From: Nitrosopumilus sp.
Lineage (GTDB): Archaea > Thermoproteota > Nitrososphaeria > Nitrososphaerales > Nitrosopumilaceae
DNA: 64,000 nucleotides
Assembly (NCBI GenBank): GCA_965219345.1
Contig: OZ244732.1
Location: forward strand, 320,001-384,000
Direction of reading: 5' to 3'
Both the position numbers and the translations under genes were made by a program. Under the pieces are notes generated by a model, which searched no databases, was not told the origin of the DNA, and saw nothing but the letters and a program-made list of their open reading frames with translations. Numbering within the stretch: the stretch's first letter is position 1; the number at the start of each line of letters is the position of its first letter. Shown piece by piece: positions 50,078 through 59,658 of the stretch.

Positions 50078-51987
50078 CAGTCAACATTTCCAAAGTATTT
50101 TTCTAGATCAGTTAACACGTTCTTGTGTCTACCCATTATTTCTAATCTATGTTGATTTGTTAAGTTATTTTCTAGTAAATAATCTAAAATATTTCCTAAT
50201 TCATCATTCCGAATATGATATGAACCACGTTTAATTTCTAAGAATAAGTCCAACCAAGCTTTATCAGGTGAAGCCCAAGTATCTTTTGACACTCTAGAGT
50301 ATTCTCTTATTACAATAAATTTTGTTTTTTCAGAATATTCTAATGCTTTTTTAATATCTTCGGATTTTGGATTTAGAAGAATAGTAAATTCCATTTCACC
50401 ATAATCAAGTATCAAATCATAAAGAAGTTGTCCAGTATTTCTAACTGCATCAATATTGTATATCATTTTGTTATAGGCATTTTGTAAAAATGGAGAAAGG
50501 GTACTTAATGCTGTAAATTGAAAATTAAATTCAAATTTTTCTTTTAAAAATTCATGTAATTCTCCGAGTTCATCAACCAAAGAATATTTTGGTAATGGGA
50601 TTACTCGTTGAGGTTTTCTTTTTGTTATTTTTTCAGGTTTTTCAGACCAATCCATTACAAACTTATTCCAAGAGGAATTTCTTTCCTTCAAAAAATCTGC
50701 ATATTTTCCATGCTCATTTATGATAGTTTTGACTTCTAATTCGATTAATCCTATCAAAAATAATGGATTTCCAATTACAGTAAAAACAGGACTTTTTCGA
50801 TTTATGATAATTTTAAGTCCATTAGGAATTCTTTCAATGTGATATAATTCATCATTGGAGGTATTCTCGAATTCAAATTGAATGTTTTTTGACTCATATT
50901 GAGTGCTAAAGGATTCAGCTTGATTTAGTAAATATTTTGAATTTGTATTACTCATTCTAAGTTTAATTTTTCCTTTAGTTTTATCATTTCCAATATAATT
51001 GAGAACTGATTGTATTGATGTTGTTGAAGGGTTTTTACTTATTGAGCTTCGTAATACATCAACAACTTCAGAGTTAGTTCTAAATGCATCTACTGCTTCT
51101 TTGTATTCTAAAGATTCTTCAATAAATCCAGTTTTATGAAAATTTACTGGAACATGATCAAGATGCAATTCACCTGTAATTTTTGCGACTTCAGGGTGAT
51201 TTCGAATACCAAATTTATCAAATGCTTTAATCAATCTTTGATTTTTATACAAATGAATTCCATAATCACCTTTTATCGAACGTTTTTCTAATAATCCAAT
51301 CCATCCTTTTAGATAGTAATCATGAGTTAGTTCAATGTCAATTTCTTGTTTACTTCCTTCAAGTATACGAAGTTCAACTGGTTTACATTCTCGTGTGTTA
51401 ATGTATAATGATATTTGGTTTGATTTTATGTAAGAACCATATCTTATACCAAAATTTTTTCTTAATCGAGTTGTTTGATTTGGGTATAATGGAACATTCA
51501 ATTTTGAGATTTTAATGATTGTTCCATTCCAAGGTTGTGTTTTTTTACTGGTCTCAATTTCAAAATTTTTCCATGTTTGAGATGAATCTTTTAACCATTC
51601 TTCTTCATCATAATGAATAAAATATTCTAGATCAGTATTATTTTTGGATGTTGTAATTGTGAATTCTCTTCCAAGAGTTGAACAAGCACTTTTCATTCCT
51701 AATCCAAATTTTCCTAGTTTTTCTTTTTCCAGTTTTGTTCCTTTCGCTATAGTCAATCCTTTTTCTAATTCTTCAAGGTTCATTCCTTGTCCATCGTCAG
51801 ACACTGAGATGGTTTTTCCTCCATAGTCTAACATTACATCAATTCGTTCAAGCTCGTGTGGAATTCTGGCATCTATAGAATTATCTAATAATTCTGAGAT
51901 AGCCTCAGCTGTTCTATATCCAGTGAGTCCTAATTTTTGGATTAGACTTTTGTCAGGTGTAATATCCACGGTTGTTTTCTCTGTCAT
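50077..51987 (-). CDS. GHKL (MORC/HATPase_c_3) ATPase with C-terminal AbiEi-like domain
   Basis: ELLDNSIDA, DDGQGM, GKFGLGMKSA, GTIIKI, VNFHKTGF; C-term ASPDKAWLDLF; TGATG-coupled to abiEii. Confidence 0.8.
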   Translation of the reverse strand: MTEKTTVDITPDKSLIQKLGLTGYRTAEAISELLDNSIDARIPHELERIDVMLDYGGKTISVSDDGQGMNLEELEKGLTIAKGTKLEKEKLGKFGLGMKSACSTLGREFTITTSKNNTDLEYFIHYDEEEWLKDSSQTWKNFEIETSKKTQPWNGTIIKISKLNVPLYPNQTTRLRKNFGIRYGSYIKSNQISLYINTRECKPVELRILEGSKQEIDIELTHDYYLKGWIGLLEKRSIKGDYGIHLYKNQRLIKAFDKFGIRNHPEVAKITGELHLDHVPVNFHKTGFIEESLEYKEAVDAFRTNSEVVDVLRSSISKNPSTTSIQSVLNYIGNDKTKGKIKLRMSNTNSKYLLNQAESFSTQYESKNIQFEFENTSNDELYHIERIPNGLKIIINRKSPVFTVIGNPLFLIGLIELEVKTIINEHGKYADFLKERNSSWNKFVMDWSEKPEKITKRKPQRVIPLPKYSLVDELGELHEFLKEKFEFNFQFTALSTLSPFLQNAYNKMIYNIDAVRNTGQLLYDLILDYGEMEFTILLNPKSEDIKKALEYSEKTKFIVIREYSRVSKDTWASPDKAWLDLFLEIKRGSYHIRNDELGNILDYLLENNLTNQHRLEIMGRHKNVLTDLEKYFGNVD

Positions 51988-52179
51988 GTCAAGATCTTAC
52001 GGCGCTATTTGTAGCATATTTTAGCAATATAACATATACATTATAAAATTTGACAAATGTTATATGCTAAATTGATCACAGATTAGCAATGTAAGATCTT
52101 GATCACAATGTATAAGCAGAGTTATAATTCTTAGCTCATTTGTATAATCAGGGAATTAAGCCTGATTTAAGGAATAAAA

Positions 52180-53007
52180 ATGCGTAAAATACAAATTTGT
52201 ATTTTACGCAAAAATAGTATGGATGTTGAGCTCAAAAACAGATTATTAGAAATTTTTTTCGATAGCTCAAACCGTCCAAAAAAGACTCCAAGACATGAAT
52301 CATCCATACAGATAATGTTAGAAAAAAGATATTCAGTAAGTCAGGTAAAAAATGCACTAAATAATTTAGAAGAAGTAGGAATTCTGCAATCTTTCAAGTA
52401 TGATATTAGAGATGTAGGTAATGCAAGATTCTATTTTCCAGCAAAACTATCAATGGAATTTGTGGAAAAAAATATGGTAAAAAAAATGGAAAAAGCAGCA
52501 TATTGGATTTCCAGATACTCTGATGTCAAGACAGTAAAGATGGTAGGTGAACAGCTTCATTATCTTGTTAAAAATGAGTTACGTGCAAATGGATTTGAAA
52601 TTCTGAAAGAAAAACATGCTAGATCATACAGAGGAAAAGAATGGTTTAGAACTAAACACACATTAGATATTATTGCAGAACATAAAATAAAAAAAATAGC
52701 AATAGGCGTAGAAATAAAAAATATGTTAAGTCAAACGCCAAAATCAGAGATTGTCGCTAAATTAGAGATGTGTAAAGTTTTAGGAATATATCCAATATTT
52801 GCATGTAGATGGCAAGAAATACATCTAGATATAATTCAGGAAGAAGAAGGATTGTTATGGCAATTTAAAGATCAGATCTATCCATTTGGACAAGAAAATT
52901 TAGTATTAGAATTACAAAAAAGATTTGAATTACCAGTTATTGTTAAAGGGGAACTACCAAAAGAGTCAATAGATATTTTTCATAAATGGATGAAGAAATT
53001 TGAATAG
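52180..53007 (+). CDS. wHTH + PD-(D/E)xK nuclease-like protein
   Basis: VGEQLH..LRANGF..LDIIAE..GVEIKN. Confidence 0.75.
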   Translation: MRKIQICILRKNSMDVELKNRLLEIFFDSSNRPKKTPRHESSIQIMLEKRYSVSQVKNALNNLEEVGILQSFKYDIRDVGNARFYFPAKLSMEFVEKNMVKKMEKAAYWISRYSDVKTVKMVGEQLHYLVKNELRANGFEILKEKHARSYRGKEWFRTKHTLDIIAEHKIKKIAIGVEIKNMLSQTPKSEIVAKLEMCKVLGIYPIFACRWQEIHLDIIQEEEGLLWQFKDQIYPFGQENLVLELQKRFELPVIVKGELPKESIDIFHKWMKKFE

Positions 53008-53182
53008 AGTATAGATAAAAAAAAGAAACATACCTAGGTACCTTCAAAATTACTTCGTCACAAGAGCAGAAGAGTTGTTTGAATATGAATCCCATCTACA
53101 AAATGACACTCCTTTTTTTATAAAGAGGGGGGTGGGGGTGTTTTGTTGTCGTTTTAACAATAGGACTAGTTTTTTGAAATCA

Positions 53183-53743
53183 TCATGTGCCTTTATTTGT
53201 AAATATCACTAACCGTCCATTACATTTCTCTTTACAAAATGGAGATTCAGAACATGTTATCATCTTAAGTGCACTATCAATGATTTGTGAACCATGCCTA
53301 AATTTCTTGTAGCATAGATAAGTTATGGAATCTCGTGCATCATTGTAATCCAATTCATTATCAATTGAAGGTCTATCACCACACGGTAAAAGACGCTCAA
53401 TCAAATACAATTCTGTTACTTGAGATGCTTCTCTGTTTGCATCTATCTGCTCGTTTGGTTGTGTTTCTTTGTTTATTTTCCCCTCTTCCTCTCCCAGAGA
53501 TGCAGAAACCCATTTTTTGTTAGAGATTATTTTATCATGTGCAATAGTCTGTAATTCTGCACTGTATTTCTTGAGTTGATTGCATCTAGCATGGGACCAA
53601 GCTAGATTCCAGTCAGGATCATCATCAATGAAGGGCTGATCATCAAATATGCAAGTATGTTCTGCATTACTAGAATAATCACGTTCAATAATTATAGGAG
53701 TAAGTTTTGCTTTTTTGTTTAGTGTTAGTTGCTTAGTATTCAT
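53183..53743 (-). CDS. Integrative-element protein with partially deleted HNH-like motif
   Basis: CIFD..WNLAWSHARCN. Confidence 0.55.
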   Translation of the reverse strand: MNTKQLTLNKKAKLTPIIIERDYSSNAEHTCIFDDQPFIDDDPDWNLAWSHARCNQLKKYSAELQTIAHDKIISNKKWVSASLGEEEGKINKETQPNEQIDANREASQVTELYLIERLLPCGDRPSIDNELDYNDARDSITYLCYKKFRHGSQIIDSALKMITCSESPFCKEKCNGRLVIFTNKGT

Positions 53744-53764
53744 GACGCATTACTTGTTTTTGTC

Positions 53765-53956
53765 TTAGGGGGAAAAATTTGAAAGAATTAGTTTTTTCTG
53801 AATGATAAACATCCGAAATTCTTCATTAGATTCATTTGTAAAACAACTTTTGCAAATCTTTAAGATTTGATGATCAACATCAGAACCACAATTGTAAGAA
53901 ATTTTAAAATCTGCATCATTATTGCAAGTTTTTAGTTGGCAATAATCACTCGTCAA
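53765..53956 (-). CDS. Small Cys-rich (zinc finger) protein
   Basis: CQLKTC..C..CKSC. Confidence 0.6.
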   Translation of the reverse strand: MTSDYCQLKTCNNDADFKISYNCGSDVDHQILKICKSCFTNESNEEFRMFIIQKKLILSNFSP

Positions 53957-54131
53957 TTTCTTCAGAGTCAGTAATATTTGGAATTAAAGAACCATGTACA
54001 ATATCAAGTGCTGTTCTTAACAAGATTTGACATGCTTGACTTTTAGTTAGATAACCGCGTTTAGAATTAATTTCTTTAACTAAATTTGGTGGAAGAGAAA
54101 TTGTAATACAAATAGATTTATTGTTATTCAA
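53946..54131 (-). CDS. RHH/CopG-like DNA-binding protein
   Basis: ITISLPPNLVKEINSKRGYLTKSQ. Confidence 0.65.
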   Translation of the reverse strand: MNNNKSICITISLPPNLVKEINSKRGYLTKSQACQILLRTALDIVHGSLIPNITDSEEIDE

Positions 54132-54144
54132 TAAAAAATAAATT

Positions 54145-55371
54145 CTACTTAGAATTTATGTATATTGATTTTAAGAAATGTTTAAGATATTTACTTTTTT
54201 CGGTCTTAAGACTTCTTAATTCAGTAAATTTTTTCATAAGTTTAGTTTCAATTTCTTTTATCGATTGTTTTTTCCAAATTGAAAATTCAGTTGAAATTTT
54301 TTCTAATTCAATTTGTTTTTGTGCAGCAGCAGAAATAGTCAGAAATGGAATTGCCTTTTGATATTCTGGAAATCGCTCAAAATCTTCTTCCTGATAGCGT
54401 TCATAATGCTTTTCAAGCCCAATTTTATGACCCATCATATCTTCCTTATCCAGATAGTCTACTTTTGCGCGTCTAAGCATTGTATTGAAATATTTTCTGA
54501 ACCCATGGTCAAGCTGGACTTCATGTCTTCTTACCCCAAGAGGTAATTTAGGTCTCAAATCAATATCAGTTACAATTTTGTCTATTCTCTTTCTTACTCC
54601 TTTTTGAGCAAGTCTTCTAATCACAGGAGTTGCTACTGTTTTGATTAAAGGATCATCTGGTTTTGGATATACACTAATGTCAATCTTCCATCTTTCTCTA
54701 TAAATCTCAAGTATCTTACAAGTTTCAGGAGTGATAAATGTGAAATAACTTTCAGGATCTCCTCTGTAAATTAACAGTGCAGCACCTTTGTATGTTCCAT
54801 CATCATTTTTGAAAAAGATAACATCTTTCCATGTAAAATAATCCCAAGATTCCAGACGAAATCCTCCAGATAAAAACATCAAGATTAAAACCTTGTCTGT
54901 AATGTCATTTGCAACTTCGATCATCTGTTGAATTTCCTCCTTTGTGTATGCTCTGTCTTTTGATTTTGCTTCTATGCGTGGAAGTAATTTGTTTAATGAC
55001 TTCCAATGGATCGGAACACGATTTGCGTCAAGTAGAACTTTGATTGGTTTGATATGGTTTAGAATTGTTTGAGAACTAATCTCACCTAAAGTTACGCGTT
55101 TTCGATCTTCTTTGATAAATGTGGCAATAACATCTAATGCCAAATCCATATCTTTTCTTGCAAGTTCTATAAAGAATTTTGCTAGAGTTACAGCATCTCT
55201 GTTCTTTGGAGTTTTACCAAGTGAGTCTGTATAGATTTGATTTGGAATTAATTTAAGAAATGAATGGAGATGATTCTTGTAACGTCTAAGAGTTGCAGGA
55301 CTTCGAATTGAATCTAAGAATAATTAGTAAGGATCAGAACGAGTTTTGATCTTATCAAGTGAAATTTCCAT
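54145..55371 (-). pseudogene. Tyrosine integrase with nonsense codon at codon 16
   Basis: SGGFRLES, HGFRKYF, MMGHKIG..Y; ATG 55371, in-frame TAA 55324-26, downstream ORF 54145-55149 in the same frame. Confidence 0.85.
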
Positions 55372-55415
55372 ACTATAGGCATGAATGCATCCTATTTGAG
55401 TCCCAATATAGAGGA

Positions 55416-55490
55416 TGGGCCCACGGGGATTTGAACCCCGGACCTTCGCCGTGTAAGGGCGACGTCATAACCGACCTGGACCATGAGCCC
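55416..55490 (-). tRNA. tRNA-Val(TAC)
   Basis: GGGCTCATGG...TCGCC-CTTACAC-GGCGA...GGTTCAAATCC..GGGCCCA. Confidence 0.97.
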
Positions 55491-55569
55491 AGAGACTTAC
55501 CTTGTTAAAATCCATTTAAACTTTGAGACACAGGAAAATCTAGAAATTTGACAAAAAGTTAAGAAATTC

Positions 55570-56586
55570 ATGAATGTTTTTGATTTTTTTTCTAGTCCAA
55601 TTGGATTAGGTCATGTCACTCGAGATATCGCAATTGCAAACAATTTTGAGAATAATTCAACAAATTTTGTGTCAGGCAGTGGAGCTGCAAAAATTCTAAA
55701 AAATTTAGATTTCAAAGTACAAGATGTATACAAGCCACCTTCGTTTATTGTTGAAAATGGTACATTAAAGAGCCCAGCAAAATGGCTATGGAATTATTAT
55801 CAATACTATAAAGATTGTAAAAAAATTTCACAAAAGATTCTTCAAGAAGATAATCCAAATTTGGTAATTAGTGACGAGGATTTTGCATCATTAACTGTTG
55901 CACAAAAAATGAAAATTCCAACTGTACTTATCACAGATGTTTTAGAGACTCGCTTCACTAAAGGATTAATATCATTTATTGAAAAAAAGATGAATAAATC
56001 AATGCAAGAAATTATAAAAAAATGTGACATAGTTATTCTTCCTGAGAACGGAAATGATGAAGACAACATCAAAAAAGTAGGACCAATAGTTAGACAAACA
56101 AACTTTTCAAGAGAAGATCTACGAAAAAAATTTTCGTTTGAGAAAAAAACAATAGTTATTTCAATTGGAGGAACTGATGTAGGATTATTTCTTATTAAAA
56201 AAGCATTAGAATCTATTTCAAAAATCAATCAAGACATCGAAGTTGTTCTAGTGTCAGGTCCAGCAATTAGTAAAAAATTTGAGAATGTTAGAAATTTTGG
56301 ATTTGTTGATAATTTACACGAGTTGATTTTTGCTGCAGATTTAATAATTTCTCTGGCCGGAAAATCAACCATAGATGAGGCTAACGCCTATGGGACCCCT
56401 GCAATATTCATACCCATAAAGGGTCATTTTGAGCAAGAAGACAACGCAAGAGAAGAAGGATTTGCTTTTGATGATATTAAAAGACTGGATGTGCTAATTT
56501 TAGAAAAACTTGAACAAAAAAGAAATAGAGTAAACACTAATGGTGCAAAAAATGCATCTAATATAATTAGAGAATTGATGAATTGA
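55570..56586 (+). CDS. Glycosyltransferase (GT-B, family 28 C-terminal-like)
   Basis: PIGLGHVTR, SIGG, AGKSTIDE, HFEQ. Confidence 0.88.
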   Translation: MNVFDFFSSPIGLGHVTRDIAIANNFENNSTNFVSGSGAAKILKNLDFKVQDVYKPPSFIVENGTLKSPAKWLWNYYQYYKDCKKISQKILQEDNPNLVISDEDFASLTVAQKMKIPTVLITDVLETRFTKGLISFIEKKMNKSMQEIIKKCDIVILPENGNDEDNIKKVGPIVRQTNFSREDLRKKFSFEKKTIVISIGGTDVGLFLIKKALESISKINQDIEVVLVSGPAISKKFENVRNFGFVDNLHELIFAADLIISLAGKSTIDEANAYGTPAIFIPIKGHFEQEDNAREEGFAFDDIKRLDVLILEKLEQKRNRVNTNGAKNASNIIRELMN

Positions 56587-56631
56587 CGATCAAATGCTTA
56601 ATAGATAGCCATTGAATTTTGATAAAGTACT

Positions 56632-58047
56632 ATGACAAAGCTGGTAGTAGTCAAATTTGGCGGAAGTGCAATAGGTTCAGATGGAGCATCTATTCCAGAA
56701 ATTGTTAAACGAATTAATGATTTAAAAAAAGATTCTAAAGTAATTGCTATTTTTTCAGCTCCATTAACAATGCATAATGAAAAAATGCGTTCTCTTACTG
56801 ATGTGGTTTTAGAACAAGGCAGAAATGCAGAGAATGGAATTAATCCATCAATAGATATTGTAAAATCAACTTATCAAAAAATTCTGGAAAGGGTAAATTC
56901 AGAAAATAAAGAAAAATGTAAGAATATTATTGACTCACATCTAGAAAAGACACAAAATGCACTGGATGAGGCATTTGGAAACAAAGAATTTGCAGATGAG
57001 ATACGTTCAAGAGCATTAGCATTCTCTGGAGAGATCTTGATGTCTCATGTGATGAACTATATCCTGAGGAGTGATGGCATAAAGGCTGATGCTATAGAAT
57101 TTGATGATTGGCCAATTATTACAGATAACAACATAGAATCAACAAATTTTCTCACATCAGAATCTAGGGAAAAAATGGGTAAAACAGCAGAATTGGTAGA
57201 AGAAAATGAGGTAGTTTCAATTGGCGGGTTCATTGGGAAAACAGTAGATAGTGTTACAACTACATATGAGCGAGGAGGCTCGGATAGGACTGCAGCAGAT
57301 CTAGGAATATTATTTCATAAAAAATATGAAACCAGTATCGACTTTGAGAAAGATAGTGCAGTAGTTTCTGCCGATCCAAAAATTGTGAGATCTGGATTAA
57401 GTGAAGTAATTCAATTGTCATACAATGAAGCAAGATTAGCAGGAATGTTTGGAATGAAAATTTTAGATCCTATTGCAATAAAAGAAATGGTAGAAAATGG
57501 AGTAGATATGCCAATTACCGTTACAAACATGAAAAATCCGGAAAAAGTAACCACAATTAAGAGAGTATTAGATGAACAAAAGGGACATCCAATTAAGATA
57601 GTTACAGGAAAAGAGAATTGTGCAATTTTTAGAATTGAAACAAGCTGTATTCAAAAATTGTTAACATCGTTAGAAAAAGACAAACGTTACAGTGAGTTTA
57701 TAATTTTATCACCATTTACAAAAGATGGAATTGAATTCTCTAGAATATTGTTCTTAGATGGGGATTATGTTAAAAGAAATGAAAAATATTTGTTAGGATT
57801 TGATTCTCTTGCTACAATTACATACAATAGGGGAGTAATTACGTTAATTGGAGACGAGATGTGGAGAGTTCAACAAGTTGCTTCAAGAACTAGTACAAAG
57901 ATTGGTGAGTCAGGATTAAACATTTTGAATATGGATGCACAAGAAGAAACATCACGAATAATTATTGTTGTAGAAGATGCAGAAGACAACATAAGTAAGG
58001 CCATCAATGCAGTACACGAAGAAATTTCAAAAATAAATTTTGTTTAA
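56632..58047 (+). CDS. Aspartate kinase
   Basis: VVKFGGS, RGGSDRTA, SADPKIV, C-terminal ACT-like domain. Confidence 0.9.
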   Translation: MTKLVVVKFGGSAIGSDGASIPEIVKRINDLKKDSKVIAIFSAPLTMHNEKMRSLTDVVLEQGRNAENGINPSIDIVKSTYQKILERVNSENKEKCKNIIDSHLEKTQNALDEAFGNKEFADEIRSRALAFSGEILMSHVMNYILRSDGIKADAIEFDDWPIITDNNIESTNFLTSESREKMGKTAELVEENEVVSIGGFIGKTVDSVTTTYERGGSDRTAADLGILFHKKYETSIDFEKDSAVVSADPKIVRSGLSEVIQLSYNEARLAGMFGMKILDPIAIKEMVENGVDMPITVTNMKNPEKVTTIKRVLDEQKGHPIKIVTGKENCAIFRIETSCIQKLLTSLEKDKRYSEFIILSPFTKDGIEFSRILFLDGDYVKRNEKYLLGFDSLATITYNRGVITLIGDEMWRVQQVASRTSTKIGESGLNILNMDAQEETSRIIIVVEDAEDNISKAINAVHEEISKINFV

Positions 58048-58054
58048 TGGAAAG

Positions 58055-58146
58055 ATTGGCATTACGGGCTTTCACCGTAAACGCCATCATGGGTTTGTTC
58101 TTGGACCATTATCTAGATTCAGTCCGGCGTTACCCAAAACACGCGA
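58055..58146 (-). ncRNA. Candidate structured ncRNA (unassigned)
   Basis: GC-rich island between convergent genes with several complementary segments; TATA-like element ~27 bp upstream on minus strand. Confidence 0.45.
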
Positions 58147-58196
58147 TACTTTATGTTGAATTTTCTAGTATTTAGAGCTGATCTATATAGATCATC

Positions 58197-58418
58197 TTAC
58201 ATACGCTCAGCTACATACCAAAGAATTATTCCAATCCCAAGAAATGCATACCATTTCAAGTTCTTCTTATTCATGAAAATATTTGCTGAGGCCAATTCTT
58301 CATCTTTGTATGTAGTCAAGCGAATTTTTCTCATTTCAAATGCTTGACCAACCAAGCCTACTATAAGAAGAACTATTGCAGAAAAACCCAAAATCCATTC
58401 CACATTATCATTTGTCAT
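58197..58418 (-). CDS. Small membrane protein
   Basis: Two TM segments. Confidence 0.75.
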   Translation of the reverse strand: MTNDNVEWILGFSAIVLLIVGLVGQAFEMRKIRLTTYKDEELASANIFMNKKNLKWYAFLGIGIILWYVAERM

Positions 58419-58500
58419 TTGTATGATATGTAGTTTCCAAATTTAGAAAAACTAGAATAAAAAATAATTCTTTAAATTAGCATAGTCTTTTCTCTCTCCT

Positions 58501-59415
58501 ATGAAAGAGATTGGTAAAATTTGGATGAATGGGAAGTTAGTACCGTTCAAAGATGCCAAAGTTCATGTACTAACTCACGCATTACACTATTCAACATCAA
58601 TCTTTGAGGGAATCAGATGCTATAACACACCAAATGGCTCTGCGATGTTTAGATTGCCAGAACATGTTGATAGATTCTTCAAATCTGCAAAATTATATTC
58701 AATGAAAATGCAATTTTCAAAAAAACAAATTTCAGACGCCATAGTAAAAACTACAAAGTCTAGTGGACTCAAAGAATGCTACATTAGACCACTGGCATAT
58801 TACGGTTATGGGACGATGGGACTTACTCCTACTCAAAATAAAGTAGACGTTTCAATTGCATGTTGGGCATGGAAGATGGGAGAATCAAAAGCTGGTAAAT
58901 TTTCTGGAGCGAAATGCAAAATATCAAATTGGATAAAAATTGATTCAAGATCTCAACCAATGCAAGCAAAAGCGGCAGCAAATTACTCAAATGCAGCACT
59001 TGCAAGAATTGAAGCATTAGATAATGGATATGATGAGGCAATTATGTTAAATTATTTTGGAAAGATTGCAGAAGGAAGTGCTGAAAATATCTTTGTTATA
59101 AAAGACAATATTATTCAAACACCGCCTCTTTCGGCGGGAGGATTAGAGGGAATTACAAGAGACAGTGTAATTCAAATTATTGAAGAAAACGGTGGCTTTG
59201 TAATAGAACAAGATCTAGAAAGAGATGATCTCTATGCAGCTGATGAAATTTTTATGACAGGAACCGCTGCGGAGGTTAAATCAGTAACGCAGGTAGACAA
59301 AGTGAAGATTGGAAATGGAAAGATGGGAAACATTACAAAAGCATTACAGAAATCATTTACCAAGGCAGCTATGGGTGAAGATGAAAGATTTTTGCCATGG
59401 TTGACATTCATCTAA
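58501..59415 (+). CDS. ilvE: Branched-chain amino acid aminotransferase
   Basis: HALHY..FEGIR, AKAAANY, EGSAENIF, LEGITR, GTAAEV. Confidence 0.96.
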   Translation: MKEIGKIWMNGKLVPFKDAKVHVLTHALHYSTSIFEGIRCYNTPNGSAMFRLPEHVDRFFKSAKLYSMKMQFSKKQISDAIVKTTKSSGLKECYIRPLAYYGYGTMGLTPTQNKVDVSIACWAWKMGESKAGKFSGAKCKISNWIKIDSRSQPMQAKAAANYSNAALARIEALDNGYDEAIMLNYFGKIAEGSAENIFVIKDNIIQTPPLSAGGLEGITRDSVIQIIEENGGFVIEQDLERDDLYAADEIFMTGTAAEVKSVTQVDKVKIGNGKMGNITKALQKSFTKAAMGEDERFLPWLTFI

Positions 59416-59456
59416 TTTTCCACGAAGTTTTTTACCCACAAATATGACTAGAGACT

Positions 59457-59618
59457 ATGGATTCATGTGCTACGGGTGATACCCAGGAAATCTGCTGGTT
59501 TTGCAGAAAAGGGCGTCATGAGGACTGTATGAAAGAGATTCCGACACATGGAAAATCGGATGGGCCAGATGATTGTACTTTTGATACAAAACTTGTTCCA
59601 TGCAAGTGTCAGCACTAA
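59457..59618 (+). CDS. Small Cys/His-rich protein
   Basis: MDSCATGDTQEICWFCRKGRHEDC...CKCQH, 54 codons. Confidence 0.7.
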   Translation: MDSCATGDTQEICWFCRKGRHEDCMKEIPTHGKSDGPDDCTFDTKLVPCKCQH

Positions 59619-59658
59619 ACAATTAGTATCAAATACAGCTATGTTTGAAAAATTCTAT

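Larger units (their letters stand above)
45747..55431. mobile_element. Integrated element at tRNA-Val(TAC) 3' end (~9.7 kb)
   Basis: att direct repeats CCAATATAG(G/A)GGATGGG(C)CCCACGGGGATT at 45747-45776 and 55403-55431; tyrosine integrase adjacent to tRNA. Confidence 0.9.
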
